Below, one piece after another: positions 1 through 11,353 of a stretch of 64,000 nt of DNA. Position 1 is the stretch's first letter; every line of letters starts with the position of its first letter. The position numbers and the translations under genes were made by a program. Below the pieces are notes generated by a model that was given only the letters and a program-made list of their open reading frames with translations, made no database searches and was not told the DNA's origin. The DNA comes from Ostreococcus lucimarinus (taxonomy: Eukaryota): NCBI GenBank assembly GCA_000092065.1, contig CP000592.1. One strand, 5' to 3'.

Positions 1-6
1 GCTGTT

Positions 7-222
7 TTGTTGATTTCGGACATAGACAAGAAGCGTGCCACGTTAGAGCGCGTCGCGACGCCCATTTTGAGCCGCCCCAAGCCGGCGCCAAAGGTTGAGA
101 CGCCGCCGCCCGCGGCTGAAGACGCCGAACCGATGGACGACGGCACCGCCGAAGAAGGCGCCGAAGAAGGCGAAGAGGCAAACGATGAGGCCATGGATGA
201 CGCTGCGGACTCTCTCGACTGA
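7..222 (+). CDS. Acidic C-terminal tail (D/E/A-rich, ends ...DDAADSLD*) of a gene that starts upstream of the window; 3' partial.
   Basis: The open frame enters from the window edge. The composition is an acidic low-complexity tail. Identity is unknown. Confidence 0.2.
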   Translation: MLISDIDKKRATLERVATPILSRPKPAPKVETPPPAAEDAEPMDDGTAEEGAEEGEEANDEAMDDAADSLD

Positions 223-340
223 GCTCCTTTTGCGAATTGATTTCAATACCATTTCATTACCTTTACACTACCCGTACCGACCCGACGACGGCTAACACGA
301 CGGCTAACAACGGCTGTGTGCACAACGGCTGCGGGCGCAT

Positions 341-1969
341 GTGGAGCCGCACACACGCGCACCCACCATGCACACAACATTGATCGCCATCGCCATCGTG
401 CACGCACTCGTCAAGCACGTTTCAGCGCAGACGTGCGCGCTCGCTAGCGAAATCGCGCGAGAAGATGTCAAGAACGCGCTGGCGTCGGCGTTTTACGTCG
501 ACGAAGGCTCCACGTGGATGTTCGATTTCGACCAACTTCCTGCCGATTGTACTGATTGCGGAAACGCAAATCCAGCTTCCACGTACGGGTGTCCACGATT
601 CAGCGTCTCGCGCGTGAGACGCCGTAGCCGCCGCACACGTGGCGACGATGAAGATGCGCCGCGGCGCGTCGTGAGAGCGTCGGCGACCGAACCGGAATAT
701 CACACGTTGCCGGTTTTGGACAGCCCGAACATCGAGTTTGCGGAGGGATCATCTCCGGGTGCGCAACGGGATGGAGTTCTGCCACAGACGTGTGAATGGA
801 CTCTTGAACCGACGGAAGTCGTACTTATTTATGGTTGCACTCCGTCCGCGCTGGCTTACTTCGGAATCACCCCGTATTGGTATCGGTTAGGGGGAGCCAC
901 GTCAAGTCTCGTGTTTGCGAGTTTGAGTGACACGTTCAGCATGGGTGAAAACGGCGACTTCGGCGCGTTTACGCGTTTGAGCACAGAGGCAGCCACCGTG
1001 TCTCCCGGGACGTTCATTCGTGCGCCAACTGCGCCCTGGAACTCCTCGTTTTCGTTTATAATGTCGCGAAACAGAGCCGCGCTTTCCCTCGCCGCGGCGG
1101 TACTGCGTGACCGCGGTTTAGTGGTGAACGAAGTGGGCGTACCGCCACCGCCATCTTCCGATTCGACGTATACGGTGCTTTATCGCGGCGCCTTACCGGC
1201 GTCATCTGAGGCTTGGAAAAACTGGGTAAGGGCTCCACCCATCACGACGCTTCGACTAAAACCGAAGTCCGCCGCCGCGCCGGAAGCGATTTTCGAAGCC
1301 GCCGCGCCGTTGATCGCAAGGCGCACGGTCGATGAGCTCAGTCTCACGCAAGCGTACGACGCTCTCGTGAGCGCGGTCCGCGAACGCGTGGCGAGCGTTC
1401 CCGGACGAGACGCCGCGGTTGCGGCCACCGTGAGACCTCAAATCGTGATTGATTCTTCGATGACATGCGTCAACTTTCGCATCAATTGCGGCGGAGACAA
1501 CCGTGACACGAACTACATTCGAGCGCCAGCGTTTACGCTCGCATCGAACGACGACTTGGTGTACGCCATCGGCGTGCGTCACGTCTGGACGCGAAACGCC
1601 TATTATCACAGCGTCGCGTTGTACAATCGCGCCCGGCGTCTCGCCGTCGTATCCATCGAAGACGCCGTCTTCAAAAACTCCGCCGCGCCGTGGTCGACAT
1701 CCGACGCGTTTTACGTCGTCGCGTTCGCGCGCGATTGCTCTCGACACGACGTCCCCATCGGCGTCCCGTGCGTCGACGTGCCGCAAAACGGATTTCCGAG
1801 CGCCTCCCGCGACGAATCCATCGAGCTCTGGGAGCGTCCGTACTCCACCTATTCCACCACCATCGGTCCGTGGTGGCAATCTATGATTTTACCGACGCTA
1901 GTGCGTTCGATCCCGGCGCCGCCGCCGTCGTCGTCGAACCCGTTCTCCGCGCTCTTCGCGTCGTTTTAA
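341..1969 (+). CDS. Hypothetical secreted protein (542 aa) with an N-terminal signal peptide.
   Basis: N-terminus MHTTLIAIAIVHALVKHVSAQ has a hydrophobic h-region followed by AQ. The body has mixed composition with many Cys, Trp and Tyr. I recognise no domain. Confidence 0.35.
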   Translation: MEPHTRAPTMHTTLIAIAIVHALVKHVSAQTCALASEIAREDVKNALASAFYVDEGSTWMFDFDQLPADCTDCGNANPASTYGCPRFSVSRVRRRSRRTRGDDEDAPRRVVRASATEPEYHTLPVLDSPNIEFAEGSSPGAQRDGVLPQTCEWTLEPTEVVLIYGCTPSALAYFGITPYWYRLGGATSSLVFASLSDTFSMGENGDFGAFTRLSTEAATVSPGTFIRAPTAPWNSSFSFIMSRNRAALSLAAAVLRDRGLVVNEVGVPPPPSSDSTYTVLYRGALPASSEAWKNWVRAPPITTLRLKPKSAAAPEAIFEAAAPLIARRTVDELSLTQAYDALVSAVRERVASVPGRDAAVAATVRPQIVIDSSMTCVNFRINCGGDNRDTNYIRAPAFTLASNDDLVYAIGVRHVWTRNAYYHSVALYNRARRLAVVSIEDAVFKNSAAPWSTSDAFYVVAFARDCSRHDVPIGVPCVDVPQNGFPSASRDESIELWERPYSTYSTTIGPWWQSMILPTLVRSIPAPPPSSSNPFSALFASF

Positions 1970-2347
1970 CAAAACTTTCACTCCGCGCGTCAACTCATGA
2001 ACGCCCGCACCGCTCGCCCGCGATGGTCGTACTCGTCGAAATCGCTGACGTTCGCGTCGTACGGTTTCGCGCCGTCGTCTCGTTCGACGCGCATGGGTTT
2101 AAACGCCTCCGTCGCGCGCAACGCCGCGTAGCAGTGCAGGACCAGAGCGATGATGACGAGCGCGGCGATCGACGCTTTCGACGCCGACGCGTCGTCGCTG
2201 GCGATGACGGCCGTGCGACACGCGGCGGCGAGCGCGATGGAACCGCCCGCGGCGGCGGCGACGGCATCGCGACGCATGGCGCGTTGTGCAGCGTGAACAA
2301 CTCGAAAATCAGCAATACAGGAGACTAGTGACTACAGCTAGAGGCGC

Positions 2348-3904
2348 TCACACCGCGGCGCCGTATTGACGGGTTAAATCATTCGCCCTCGCGGATTCTA
2401 ACAGCGCGAAGCTCGAAGACCGCGGAACGTAGCCCGCTTCGGCGGCGTGAGACGTCGAAAGCGCGTGACGATCGCGCGCAGAGACGACTTCGGCGTCCCA
2501 ATCGAGACGGCGCGCGATGACGAAGCCGAGCGCGCCGGTGTGGACCACCGTGGCGACTAAACCGCCGAGAACGAGACCGAGGGCGCCCATGTGCGCACCG
2601 AAGGCTAATGCGAGCGATAGTGGAATACCTATGATCCAGTACGCGACGACGACGATTTTTGCGGCGAGCGATTGCTTACCGCACGCTCGCATCACGCCCG
2701 CTTGCACGGCGCCTGCGCAATCAAACAGCGCGTACGCCGCAAGCGCAATCATGAGCTCGGACACGAGCTCGCGCACCTCTTCACGCGAGGTGAACAAGTT
2801 TGCCCAATCTTTCCTCGCGACGATGATGCCCACGCTCGCGATGACGCCAACGCAGGCGATGAGTTGGAACGAGACGGCGACGGCGCGCCGCGCCCTCTTA
2901 GCGTTGCCGGCGCCGAGCTCGTGCGTTACGCGCGTCAACGACGCCACGCCGAGCCCGATCGACGCGTCGAACACGAACGCATTCGTACTGCCGTAAATAG
3001 ACAGCGCTGAGAGCGCAATCTCGGGATTCGGCAAGTATCCCGCCATTACTACCGTCATCTCGCTGGCCCACCACTCCATCTTCATAGCAACGCCCGGCAA
3101 CGCGAGCGCGAAGTATTCCCGCAATCCCTCCGTCGAGATCGCGCGTCGCAGTTGCCATCCTGGCCAGCACATATCGCGCTTGAGCGCCAACGCCTCGTCG
3201 CGTTCGCGAAACATTCTTCGCCAGACCGTCGCGTACGCCACCTGCGTAGCCAAACAAACCGCCGACGACGCGCTCCACGCCAACGCCGCGCCGATGACCC
3301 CGATCTCCCATCGCCACACGAAGTAATAGCACAAAATCGGATGCGCGATCGCCGCGAGCACGCCGCCCAACGCCTGCGGCCGCGTGATTCCCTGCGAATG
3401 CAAGTACGTCATCGTGCACTGCGTCCACGCGTAGCACAACACCCCCGGCGTCGCCGCTCGCAAAAATCGTCCCGCCTCGCGACTCACGCCCGCGTCTTGC
3501 CCCGTCGCCGCTAAAAATTCCTCACCCCTCGTCGCGAACACCGCGCACGTCAACGCCGCGTACGTCGTCGTCACCAAGAGCGCGCGTTGCGTCGTCTCTC
3601 CCACGCGCTCGTACGCCCCTAATCCGTACGCCGTACCGGCCAGCGTGTTCACCGCGCTCGCCAGTCCCACCAGCACCGATTTACACGCGATGTTTATCGT
3701 CGTCATCGCGAGCGCGGCGCCCGCGAGCTCGACCGTCGCGCGCGCTCGTCCGACGAAGACGAGCGTCACTAAATCTCTCAGCGTGTTCATCGTCATCGAC
3801 ACGCTCACCGGGATCGCGAGCGCGATCTGCGCCGCGCGCTCGACGCTCGCGCCGTCGTCGTCGTCGTCGTCGCCCGCCGCGCCGTCGCGATCGTCCGCGC
3901 CCAT
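2348..3904 (-). CDS. MATE (multidrug and toxic compound extrusion / DTX-type) efflux transporter.
   Basis: 518 aa with about 12 predicted TM helices. Typical MATE layout with an acidic N-terminus (DDDDDDG). The motifs LATQIQ..., VGLGVASLTRV and GNAKRARRA resemble eukaryotic MATE proteins. Confidence 0.75.
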   Translation of the reverse strand: MGADDRDGAAGDDDDDDGASVERAAQIALAIPVSVSMTMNTLRDLVTLVFVGRARATVELAGAALAMTTINIACKSVLVGLASAVNTLAGTAYGLGAYERVGETTQRALLVTTTYAALTCAVFATRGEEFLAATGQDAGVSREAGRFLRAATPGVLCYAWTQCTMTYLHSQGITRPQALGGVLAAIAHPILCYYFVWRWEIGVIGAALAWSASSAVCLATQVAYATVWRRMFRERDEALALKRDMCWPGWQLRRAISTEGLREYFALALPGVAMKMEWWASEMTVVMAGYLPNPEIALSALSIYGSTNAFVFDASIGLGVASLTRVTHELGAGNAKRARRAVAVSFQLIACVGVIASVGIIVARKDWANLFTSREEVRELVSELMIALAAYALFDCAGAVQAGVMRACGKQSLAAKIVVVAYWIIGIPLSLALAFGAHMGALGLVLGGLVATVVHTGALGFVIARRLDWDAEVVSARDRHALSTSHAAEAGYVPRSSSFALLESARANDLTRQYGAAV

Positions 3905-3926
3905 GACGCGCGCGACGCGTCGGTGA

Positions 3927-4643
3927 GTGCGGCGGCGTCGAGCGTCGACGTCGAATCGTCACTCGGCGCCGCTCGACGCGCGTCGCGACCGCGCGTCGTC
4001 TCGATCGCGCGACATGCGCGCGTCCACGTCCGCCGCGCCGCCGCGCGCGTCGTGGGCGCGTCGCGGCGCGTCGGCGCGCGCGCGAGCGCCGCGAACGCGC
4101 TCCGCCGCCGGTCGCGACGTCACGCGTCGCGGGCTTCACCGCCAGCCCGTCGCGCTCGGAGAGACGCTGCCGATGGACGTCCAGGTGTCGTACTTCGACG
4201 ACGACGGGAACCTGGTGCGGTGCGAGTTCGGGGATTTGCTGCGAGGGAAGACGGCGGTGGTGTTCGCGGTGCCCGGCGCGTTTACGCCGACGTGCTCGAC
4301 GAAACATTTGCCGGGATACGTCGAACGCGCGGACGCGATGCGCGAGCGCGGCGTGGATGAGGTGATTTGCGTGTCCGTGAACGATGCCTTCGTGATGAAC
4401 GCGTGGGGGAACAGCGCGGGAGCGAAGATGGCGAAAATTAAGATGGTCGCGGACGGGTCGGCGGCGTGGAGCAAGGCGTGCGGAGTGGATTTGGATCTTC
4501 ACGAGCAAGGGATGGGAACGCGCAGTCGCCGCTACGCGCTCATCGCGCGCGATGGGGTGATCGAGTACTTGGCCATGGAGTCGGGGCAAAAGTACGAGAC
4601 GAGTGGTGCGGCGGATATTTTGGAAAGGTTGCCGCTTCCGTGA
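3927..4643 (+). CDS. Peroxiredoxin, type II / Prx5 class, with an Arg/Ala/Ser-rich N-terminal extension that is probably an organellar transit peptide.
   Basis: Core sequence KTAVVFAVPGAFTPTCSTKHLPGYVERADAMRERGVDEVICVSVNDAFVMNAWG carries the PrxII/Prx5 signature with peroxidatic Cys in a TPTC context. The start codon is uncertain. The ORF begins 23 bp from the divergent MATE start. Confidence 0.8.
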   Translation: MRRRRASTSNRHSAPLDARRDRASSRSRDMRASTSAAPPRASWARRGASARARAPRTRSAAGRDVTRRGLHRQPVALGETLPMDVQVSYFDDDGNLVRCEFGDLLRGKTAVVFAVPGAFTPTCSTKHLPGYVERADAMRERGVDEVICVSVNDAFVMNAWGNSAGAKMAKIKMVADGSAAWSKACGVDLDLHEQGMGTRSRRYALIARDGVIEYLAMESGQKYETSGAADILERLPLP

Positions 4644-4832
4644 ACGAGCGCGACGGCGATTTACTCTTCGTTTTACTCTTCGCATAGATACCCTAGCGCG
4701 CGACGGATGAGCGATGAATCATTTAATCAAAGATACTTACGTCTTCTTCTACGAGTGGTTTCGAAGAGATAATTACGTCTTCTTTTACAAGTGGATTTGA
4801 ACAATACTCATGTGGACGATGTATCAAGACGT

Positions 4833-6524
4833 TCATCGCGCCGGGGCATTTTGAGTGACGCCCTTTTTGCCCTTTCCTCTACCCGCGGCCTCGAGCGCTT
4901 CGAGGTAAGGCTCGTCGATATCGCCCGTGACGTAATCGCCATCGAAGCACGACGCATCGAAACGCGGGATTTGCGCGTTCATGCCGAGACCCGCTTGCAA
5001 GAGGTCTTCGACGGTTTGGTAAATCAAACCATCCGCGCCGAGGGTGGCGCAAATTTCATCCTCAGTCTTGTCGTCGGCGACGAATTCCTTGCGCGACGGC
5101 ATGTCGACGCCGTACACGTTGGGAAAGCGAACTGGCGGCGCTGCGGAGGCGAGGTAGACCTTGACCGCACCCGCGGCGCGGCACATTTGCACGATTTGGT
5201 TCATCGTCGTCCCGCGAACGATGGAGTCGTCGATGAGCAAGACGCGCTTACCGTTGAACACCGATCGCATGGCGTTGAGCTTACGCCGCACGGACAATTC
5301 GCGGATGCGCTGGTCGGGCATGATGAACGTACGACCGACGTATCGGTTCTTGACCAAACCTTCGCGGTAAGGCAAGTCGAGCGCCGACGCGACTTCGATG
5401 GCGCTCGGACGAGAGCCATCCGGCACGGGCACGATGGTATCAATCTCCCATCCGCGCTCGCTGATGCGCTTAGCCAAACGGCGGCCGAGTTCAAGTTGGA
5501 ACTCGTACACGGAGATGCCGTTGATTTGAGAATCCGGGCGCGCCAAGTAAATGTACTCGAAGATGCACGGCGAGATGGAACCCTTCATGCACTGACGAGA
5601 AATCATCTTGCCCTCGGCCGTGATCAGGATCGCCTCCCCGGGATTGACATCACGCACGGTGGTGAATCCGAGCGGTCCGAACGCGGCGTCTTCACTCGCG
5701 ACGCACCACTCGTCTTCGCCGTCGGCGTTTTGACGTTGCCCCAACACGAGCGGGCGAATGCCGTTCGGGTCGCGAAACGCGAACATGCCTTGGCCGTTGA
5801 TGAGCGAGATGATCGAGTACGCCCCTTTCACCTTACCCATCGTCACCGTCACCGCGTCAAACAACTGCTTGTCGCTATCCTTATCGGGGTGCGCCGCGAT
5901 TTCCTTGCTCAAATCTTCCGCGAAGACGTTCAACAAAACCTCCGAATCGCTCCCGGTGCGCAAGTGCCTGTTGTTCAGCTCCTTCGCCCGCAGCTCATCC
6001 GTGTTCGTGAGATTCCCGTTATGAATCAAATAAATCCCCAGCGGTTGGTTCACGAAGAACGGTTGCGCCTCGGTCGCGCTCAGCCCCCCGGCCGTGGGAT
6101 ATCGCACGTGTCCCATGCCGATGTGTCCGTCCAAATACTTCATCGCGCTCTTATCGAACACGTCCTTCACCAGCCCGTTATCCTTCTTCTCCTTGAACCT
6201 CATCCCGTCGTACGTCACCATTCCCGCGCTGTCCTGACCTCGATGTTGCAGCATGAGCAATCCTTCGTAAATCTCCGCCGCCACGCCCTTGCCCTCGTCC
6301 CTCGTGACGACGCCGATGATCCCGCACGCGCGCGCCGCGCCGTCCCCGCGTCTCGCGCCTCGTCCTCGCGTCCCCGCGTTCGCGCGCGCGCGCGCGCCCA
6401 GCGCGTCGCCCGCGCCGCCGCGCCGCATCGCGCACGCGCGGCTCGACAGCGCCGTCGTCGCGCGTCGCGCATCCCGCGTCGCGCGCGTCGTCGTCGCCGT
6501 CGTCGTCGCCGTCGCCGCCGTCAT
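4833..6524 (-). CDS. purF: Amidophosphoribosyltransferase (glutamine-PRPP amidotransferase, plant/plastid type) with an N-terminal transit peptide.
   Basis: The catalytic Ntn Cys follows the presequence (...ACGIIGVV). PRTase motif VLLIDDSIVRGTTM and a C-terminal 4Fe-4S Cys cluster region are present. 563 aa. Confidence 0.9.
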   Translation of the reverse strand: MTAATATTTATTTRATRDARRATTALSSRACAMRRGGAGDALGARARANAGTRGRGARRGDGAARACGIIGVVTRDEGKGVAAEIYEGLLMLQHRGQDSAGMVTYDGMRFKEKKDNGLVKDVFDKSAMKYLDGHIGMGHVRYPTAGGLSATEAQPFFVNQPLGIYLIHNGNLTNTDELRAKELNNRHLRTGSDSEVLLNVFAEDLSKEIAAHPDKDSDKQLFDAVTVTMGKVKGAYSIISLINGQGMFAFRDPNGIRPLVLGQRQNADGEDEWCVASEDAAFGPLGFTTVRDVNPGEAILITAEGKMISRQCMKGSISPCIFEYIYLARPDSQINGISVYEFQLELGRRLAKRISERGWEIDTIVPVPDGSRPSAIEVASALDLPYREGLVKNRYVGRTFIMPDQRIRELSVRRKLNAMRSVFNGKRVLLIDDSIVRGTTMNQIVQMCRAAGAVKVYLASAAPPVRFPNVYGVDMPSRKEFVADDKTEDEICATLGADGLIYQTVEDLLQAGLGMNAQIPRFDASCFDGDYVTGDIDEPYLEALEAAGRGKGKKGVTQNAPAR

Positions 6525-7524
6525 TTTTTCAAACCCGGCGCGTCGCGCGTTCGATCGACGTCTCTTCGCGCGTTCGCGCCTCGCTCGCGGTCTCTCTCGG
6601 CGGCGAGTCGATCGTCACCGTCGTCGGGTCGCCGTCGCCGTCGGCGCGCGCGCGTCGCGGTGTGCGTCGACGCCGACGCCGCGCGCGCCGACGGGTCCAC
6701 ATCGCGGTCGGGCAAACGTATGCGCAAACAGTCCGACTGCGTGTATATTGATGCAGGTGCGCCATCGAGGAGGGGTGTTCATACTCGGCACCCGCGCGAG
6801 GGTCGCCGCGACGCCGCGACTCCGCGACGCCGCGACGCGGAAGCGCGCCGAAGAGCGCCGCGAGCGACGCGAACGGTCGACCGCGCGCGCGTCCGCGCGG
6901 ACCGGCGACGCCGCGAACGCGCGCGCGAGCGCGAACGCGCGCGAATCTCGATCGACGCCGCGCGATGGGGCGATGGACGCGCGCGTGCGGCGCGCTCGCG
7001 CGACGCGCGCTCGCGATCGAGATTCGCGCGCCGGCGCGCGCGCCGGTGATGGCGATGCGCGCGCTCGAGCGACGGTTCGCGACGATGACGACGACGACGA
7101 CGACGACGACGACGGCGAGCGCGGCGAGCGCGGCGGCGGCGCGAGGACGCGGCGACGCGACGACGACGACGACGGCGGCGGCGGCGGCGGCGACGAGCGC
7201 GGACGCGACGACGGCGACGGTTTTCGGTGAGAGCGCGCGGATGGTCGACGCGCGATCGAACGAGAGCGATCACGGGAAACACGCGACGACGGGGATGACG
7301 GTGGGCGCGCTGCTCGGACGCCTGCGCGCGCTCGAGCGAGACGCCGAGCGCGATATCGGTGGGTTTTTCGACATGGCGAGCGTGAAACGGAAGCGGAAGA
7401 AGGCGATGAATAAGCACAAGCATCGCAAGCGCAGGCGTAGGGATAGGCACCAGAACAAGTAGCATTCGTAATCGCAAACCTCACACGGCGACTCGACGCT
7501 CGACGCGCGCGTCTGCAGACAGCC

Positions 7525-7869
7525 ATGCTCGCCCGATCGCTCGCGCGGCGCGCGCGCGCGATCGTTGACCGCGCGTCCGCGCGCTCGCGCGTCGCCGCGG
7601 CGACGACGCGCGAGAGTCGCGCGTTTTCCGACGAAACCTCGGAGGACGCGGCCGCGCCTTCGCCGAGCGCCGAAGACGTTGAGCGCGTGCGAGCGCTGTT
7701 GGCGCGCGCGAACGTCGACGGCAAACACGCGGATAAGTTTCCATCGTTTGAGCACGCGTTAGGGGCGAAGAGCGAGCGGCTGAAAGCGATGGGACTCGGG
7801 GTGAAGGAACGCAAAGCGTTTCTGCGCGAGGCAAACTTACAGCGGCGAGAGCGAGGTAGCACACGATAG
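7525..7869 (+). CDS. Small basic protein (114 aa) with an Arg-rich, mitochondrial-presequence-like N-terminus.
   Basis: MLARSLARRARAIVDRASARSR... then ...FPSFEHALGAKSERLKAMGLGVKERKAFLREANLQRRER. A mitoribosomal or IGR-type small protein is possible. The assignment is weak. Confidence 0.25.
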   Translation: MLARSLARRARAIVDRASARSRVAAATTRESRAFSDETSEDAAAPSPSAEDVERVRALLARANVDGKHADKFPSFEHALGAKSERLKAMGLGVKERKAFLREANLQRRERGSTR

Positions 7870-7926
7870 ATTGATTTTGAAACAGCACGTAGTAGATTAC
7901 AACACAAAACGAAACGAGCGACGCGA

Positions 7927-8733
7927 TCACGCCGCGACGTTGGCGTCGGCGTCCGCGTCGGAGGCCTCGGCGCTCGCGCTCGCGCTCGCTCGACTCGTCG
8001 CGCGAAGGCGAAATCGAGACAACCCATCCGCGAGCGAGCTCGCGAGCTTATTCGCGTTCGCCGTGATCGCGGCGCCAAATTTTACCCCAGCTGCGCCTCG
8101 GGCGTCGCCCTCGCCCTCGTCGTGGTCGTCGTCGTCGAAGTAATACGCTCCGGGCGACGTCGGCGACGTCGGCGACGCCGCCGCCGTCTCTCCGCCCTCC
8201 GTCCCTCTCCCCGCGGACATCCGCCACGTCTCCGTGATCGCTCCCACCTTACCGAACAAGCTTCCAAACTGCGTCTTCACGCTCTCCAGCGCCTTCCCGG
8301 CGTGTCGTCCAATCTCTAGTTCCGCGCGTTCCGCGCCCCCCGTCGCTCGCTCGAGCGACGTCAGCGCGTTCTCGATCGACCGCAGCGCGTCCTCGATCGA
8401 GTCGATCAGCGCGTAGTCCCTTCGCACGTTTACCAGCGTTTGTTCGAGCGCGTCTCGAGACGCCGCGCTTCCCCGCCGCGCCTCGTCGCGCGCGCGCTGG
8501 ACGCTCCGTTCCGTCTCGTCGAGTCGCGCGAGCAAGACTTCGACCGTTTGCGTCAGCGACTCGGCGTACTCGCGCGCGGACGCGCTCGTGCGGTCGCACG
8601 CGTCGGCGACGTCGCGGCACAGGTCGTTTCGCAGCGTCGCGTCGTCCAGCGCGCGCATCGCCGCGTCGCCGACTGCGGACGATCGAAGACGATGATGATG
8701 ATGAATGCGCGAAACGTTTCGAGCGCCGCACAC
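7927..8733 (-). CDS. Hypothetical coiled-coil protein; the true start may be the internal Met (MRALDDATLRND...).
   Basis: Heptad-like segment ALIDSIEDALRSIENALTSLERA, mixed composition and an acidic C-terminal half. I recognise no domain. Confidence 0.25.
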   Translation of the reverse strand: MCGARNVSRIHHHHRLRSSAVGDAAMRALDDATLRNDLCRDVADACDRTSASAREYAESLTQTVEVLLARLDETERSVQRARDEARRGSAASRDALEQTLVNVRRDYALIDSIEDALRSIENALTSLERATGGAERAELEIGRHAGKALESVKTQFGSLFGKVGAITETWRMSAGRGTEGGETAAASPTSPTSPGAYYFDDDDHDEGEGDARGAAGVKFGAAITANANKLASSLADGLSRFRLRATSRASASASAEASDADADANVAA

Positions 8734-8747
8734 GGCGCCGCGGCGCG

Positions 8748-8892
8748 ATGCGCGCGCGCGCGGGCGACGACGCGAGCGCGGACGTGCGAGAGGAGGAAGA
8801 CTTCGAGGTCGACGACGCGATGGACGACGCGAGCGACGACGAGAGCGATGACGAGAGCGGTGACGAGAGCGACGAGAGCGACGACGACGCGA

Positions 8893-8927
<35 letters not shown>

Positions 8928-11279
8928 GAAGACGACCGCAGCGTTCGTCGCGACCGTTGGGACGAGTTTTATCGGCTCAGATCCATGATCGACGACACCG
9001 ACGAGGGCCGCGTCGCGCGAGCGATGGCGCTGAGAGCCTTCCAGGACGAGGTTCGAGCGATGTACGCTCCCGAGAACCTTCATAGCGGTGAGTCGGATAG
9101 CGACTACGAGAACGGAAACGAGAGCGTGAGCGTGGACTCGGGAATGTTTCACGAGGGAGAGTCGTCGGAGGACGAAGTCGACGACGAAGTCCCCGCCGGG
9201 CCGTTCGTGACGTACGGAGACTACCAGGATCTTCGGAGGTTGCATGAACAGTACGACCATTGTGAGGAACGGTTGCGTATTGGGGGGAATAAGGATGAAT
9301 TTCATCATCAAGTCGCGGATTGTCTGTGCGCGTTTCCGCGCCATCGACGATTGGCGACCAAGTACTTGTCGCACTCGGAACGGACAAAACCGCGCGCGAT
9401 GGATAGGCGCGAATTCTACGAGGACTATACGTGCTCCGATCTAAAGTATTTTGTCTCTGGAGAGGCTGTCATGCTACGTAACGGATTCAAGCTAGCTGCG
9501 CACACCAACGAACCGAGATACAGCGACGACGATCGCGTTCCGTTTACAGTGTATAGCATGGCGTACGACGAGGAGTCACGCACCCTCGCGGTGTGCGGGA
9601 CGGGATCACAAAATACGCGCGCGTACAACGTCATGGTATACCGTTGCGAGCAGAGCGAGACGGATACAGTGGTCGAGCGTATCGAAGAAGACATGGGTGG
9701 TTTGATGGCCCTCGCCCATAACCCTGGGCGAGTTTGGTCGAATGGGCAGCGCGAGGTTGGAGCGATGTGGAAGGACGACGACCCGGCGTGGGATTTCGTT
9801 CAACTCTGCAAGGCTAACATTGGCTTCGAATATGGTCACGATGATTATTCGGACGACGACGACTACGATCCTTTCCACGAAGACTCCATGCACGAGGTCG
9901 AACAGGCAAATTGTGTTCGATTCGGCTGGTTAGAGGACCCTAGAGAACCCGGAAAACCGCGCGAGTTGCGCCTCATTCTTTCGAGCAATGACGGGCACGT
10001 ATACGTGTGCCGTTTAGATGAAAATGACCGTGCCATCCTAGGAGCTTCACCGTACAAACTGGAGAAAGACTTCGTTATCGACAACCCAGTGCCCGTGAAC
10101 TGTGCAGTGGCATCGCCGTGTGGCAAGTTCATAGCGTTTTCGGGTGACTCACACTATGTCTGCTTGAAGGAATTCAGTCTGAGAGAGGCAGGGGACGATG
10201 GTTTAGCGGTATACTGTAGATGCAGTGAGTCAGGCAGCAGATCGGCGAGATCATATGTCGACGCCGGCGCCGAGTATAGCTTTCGCATTCCATGTGCTGA
10301 TGACAACGATGAAAGGATGAGTAGCCAGTACTTGACGTATAGCGGAGACGGTCGTTACTTGGCGGCAACGAGCGATGCATACCACTCTGTCACGGTTTGG
10401 CGCGTTGAGAACGTGATCGGTTATAGAGGCGAGGCAGTAGACGGCATTTACCCGATCGCACACTTCTACGCGTGTACATATGCGTGCTTACCGGTGACTT
10501 TTTCAATTTCGAACCCATCCATCATGATTTGGGCAGAGCGCGGGGCGAAGTTGCACGTGTTTGACTGCGCAGAGGCCGAGGAACACCGCGAGGAAATGCT
10601 CAACATAAGAGACGATTTCCTGGAAAAGTTTGGATCTGAGGCGGAGCTTCGCGAGCGTCTGCGACGCGAAAAAGCATCATTCACGAAAGAACACGACGGC
10701 CGCGATGATTATTTCTTTGGCTCTGCAGAGCCCACTAGTAAGGATTACGCCGATCCGGATGCTCTAGCAATGTGTGCGTTTGTCGACATGACGCGGAAGT
10801 CACGATTGCAAGCGGGGTGGTACAAACCAAATCTATCGCTCCGCGAACGCTACGAAGTTTGGCGCAACAGCTTGGTCGACAAGAACACTGGCAAGCACTT
10901 CTCCATTCAAACAATACGTTACGGTGTGCATAGAACGTTCATCACTGGGCTAAGCGTAAGTCAAGGCGTACCGATCCAAAAGGAAAGCGATGTGTCGATG
11001 GACGAGCATGTCTCGGATGTAATCTTGTACTCGAGTGGTACCGCCGTGCACAAGCTAGAGTTGCAAACGGGACTGCGCCGAGACATGAAAAACTTTCAAG
11101 ATTTCTCACGTTCTTTCCAGCGCGCCGTGGTAGCATTTTTGCTTTGCGTCAAACGTAGTCGCCGAAATTCGAGTGGAGATATTTGTCTCGCCGATTTGCC
11201 GAGCGATGTGATTCGCGACATCATCGCGAAGATGGCGATGCCAGTGTACAAATGGCGACAGAAACCTCACGTTCGGTGA
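8748..11279 (+). CDS. Large hypothetical protein (843 aa) with a poly-Asp/Glu N-terminus, a Cys/Trp-rich globular body (possible beta-propeller) and a C-terminal F-box-like motif.
   Basis: Long ORF in lower-GC sequence with conserved-looking non-repetitive composition. The C-terminal motif is ICLADLPSDVIRDIIAKM. The 5' region encodes (GAC)n-derived poly-D. Confidence 0.45.
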
Positions 11280-11353
11280 GACGAAGATTGTACGTTACAG
11301 TAGCGAATCCGATCGATAAATTTGTAATGGATACGACAAGAACTAGAACAGCG

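Noticed and set aside
3681-4685. 334-aa Arg-rich minus-strand ORF overlapping the peroxiredoxin gene.
   Set aside because: It is the antisense of a clearly conserved peroxiredoxin CDS, with poly-Arg composition.
6615-8078. 487-aa minus-strand ORF, and the overlapping 6289..7230, 6779..7477 and 4791..7049 ORFs, rich in Arg/Ser/Ala/Pro.
   Set aside because: The low-complexity translation is typical of random frames in >70% GC DNA ((CGN)n gives Arg/Ala runs). Several mutually overlapping frames are equally 'open'. No conserved domain is present. The region is better explained as ~1 kb of intergenic sequence plus the antisense of purF.
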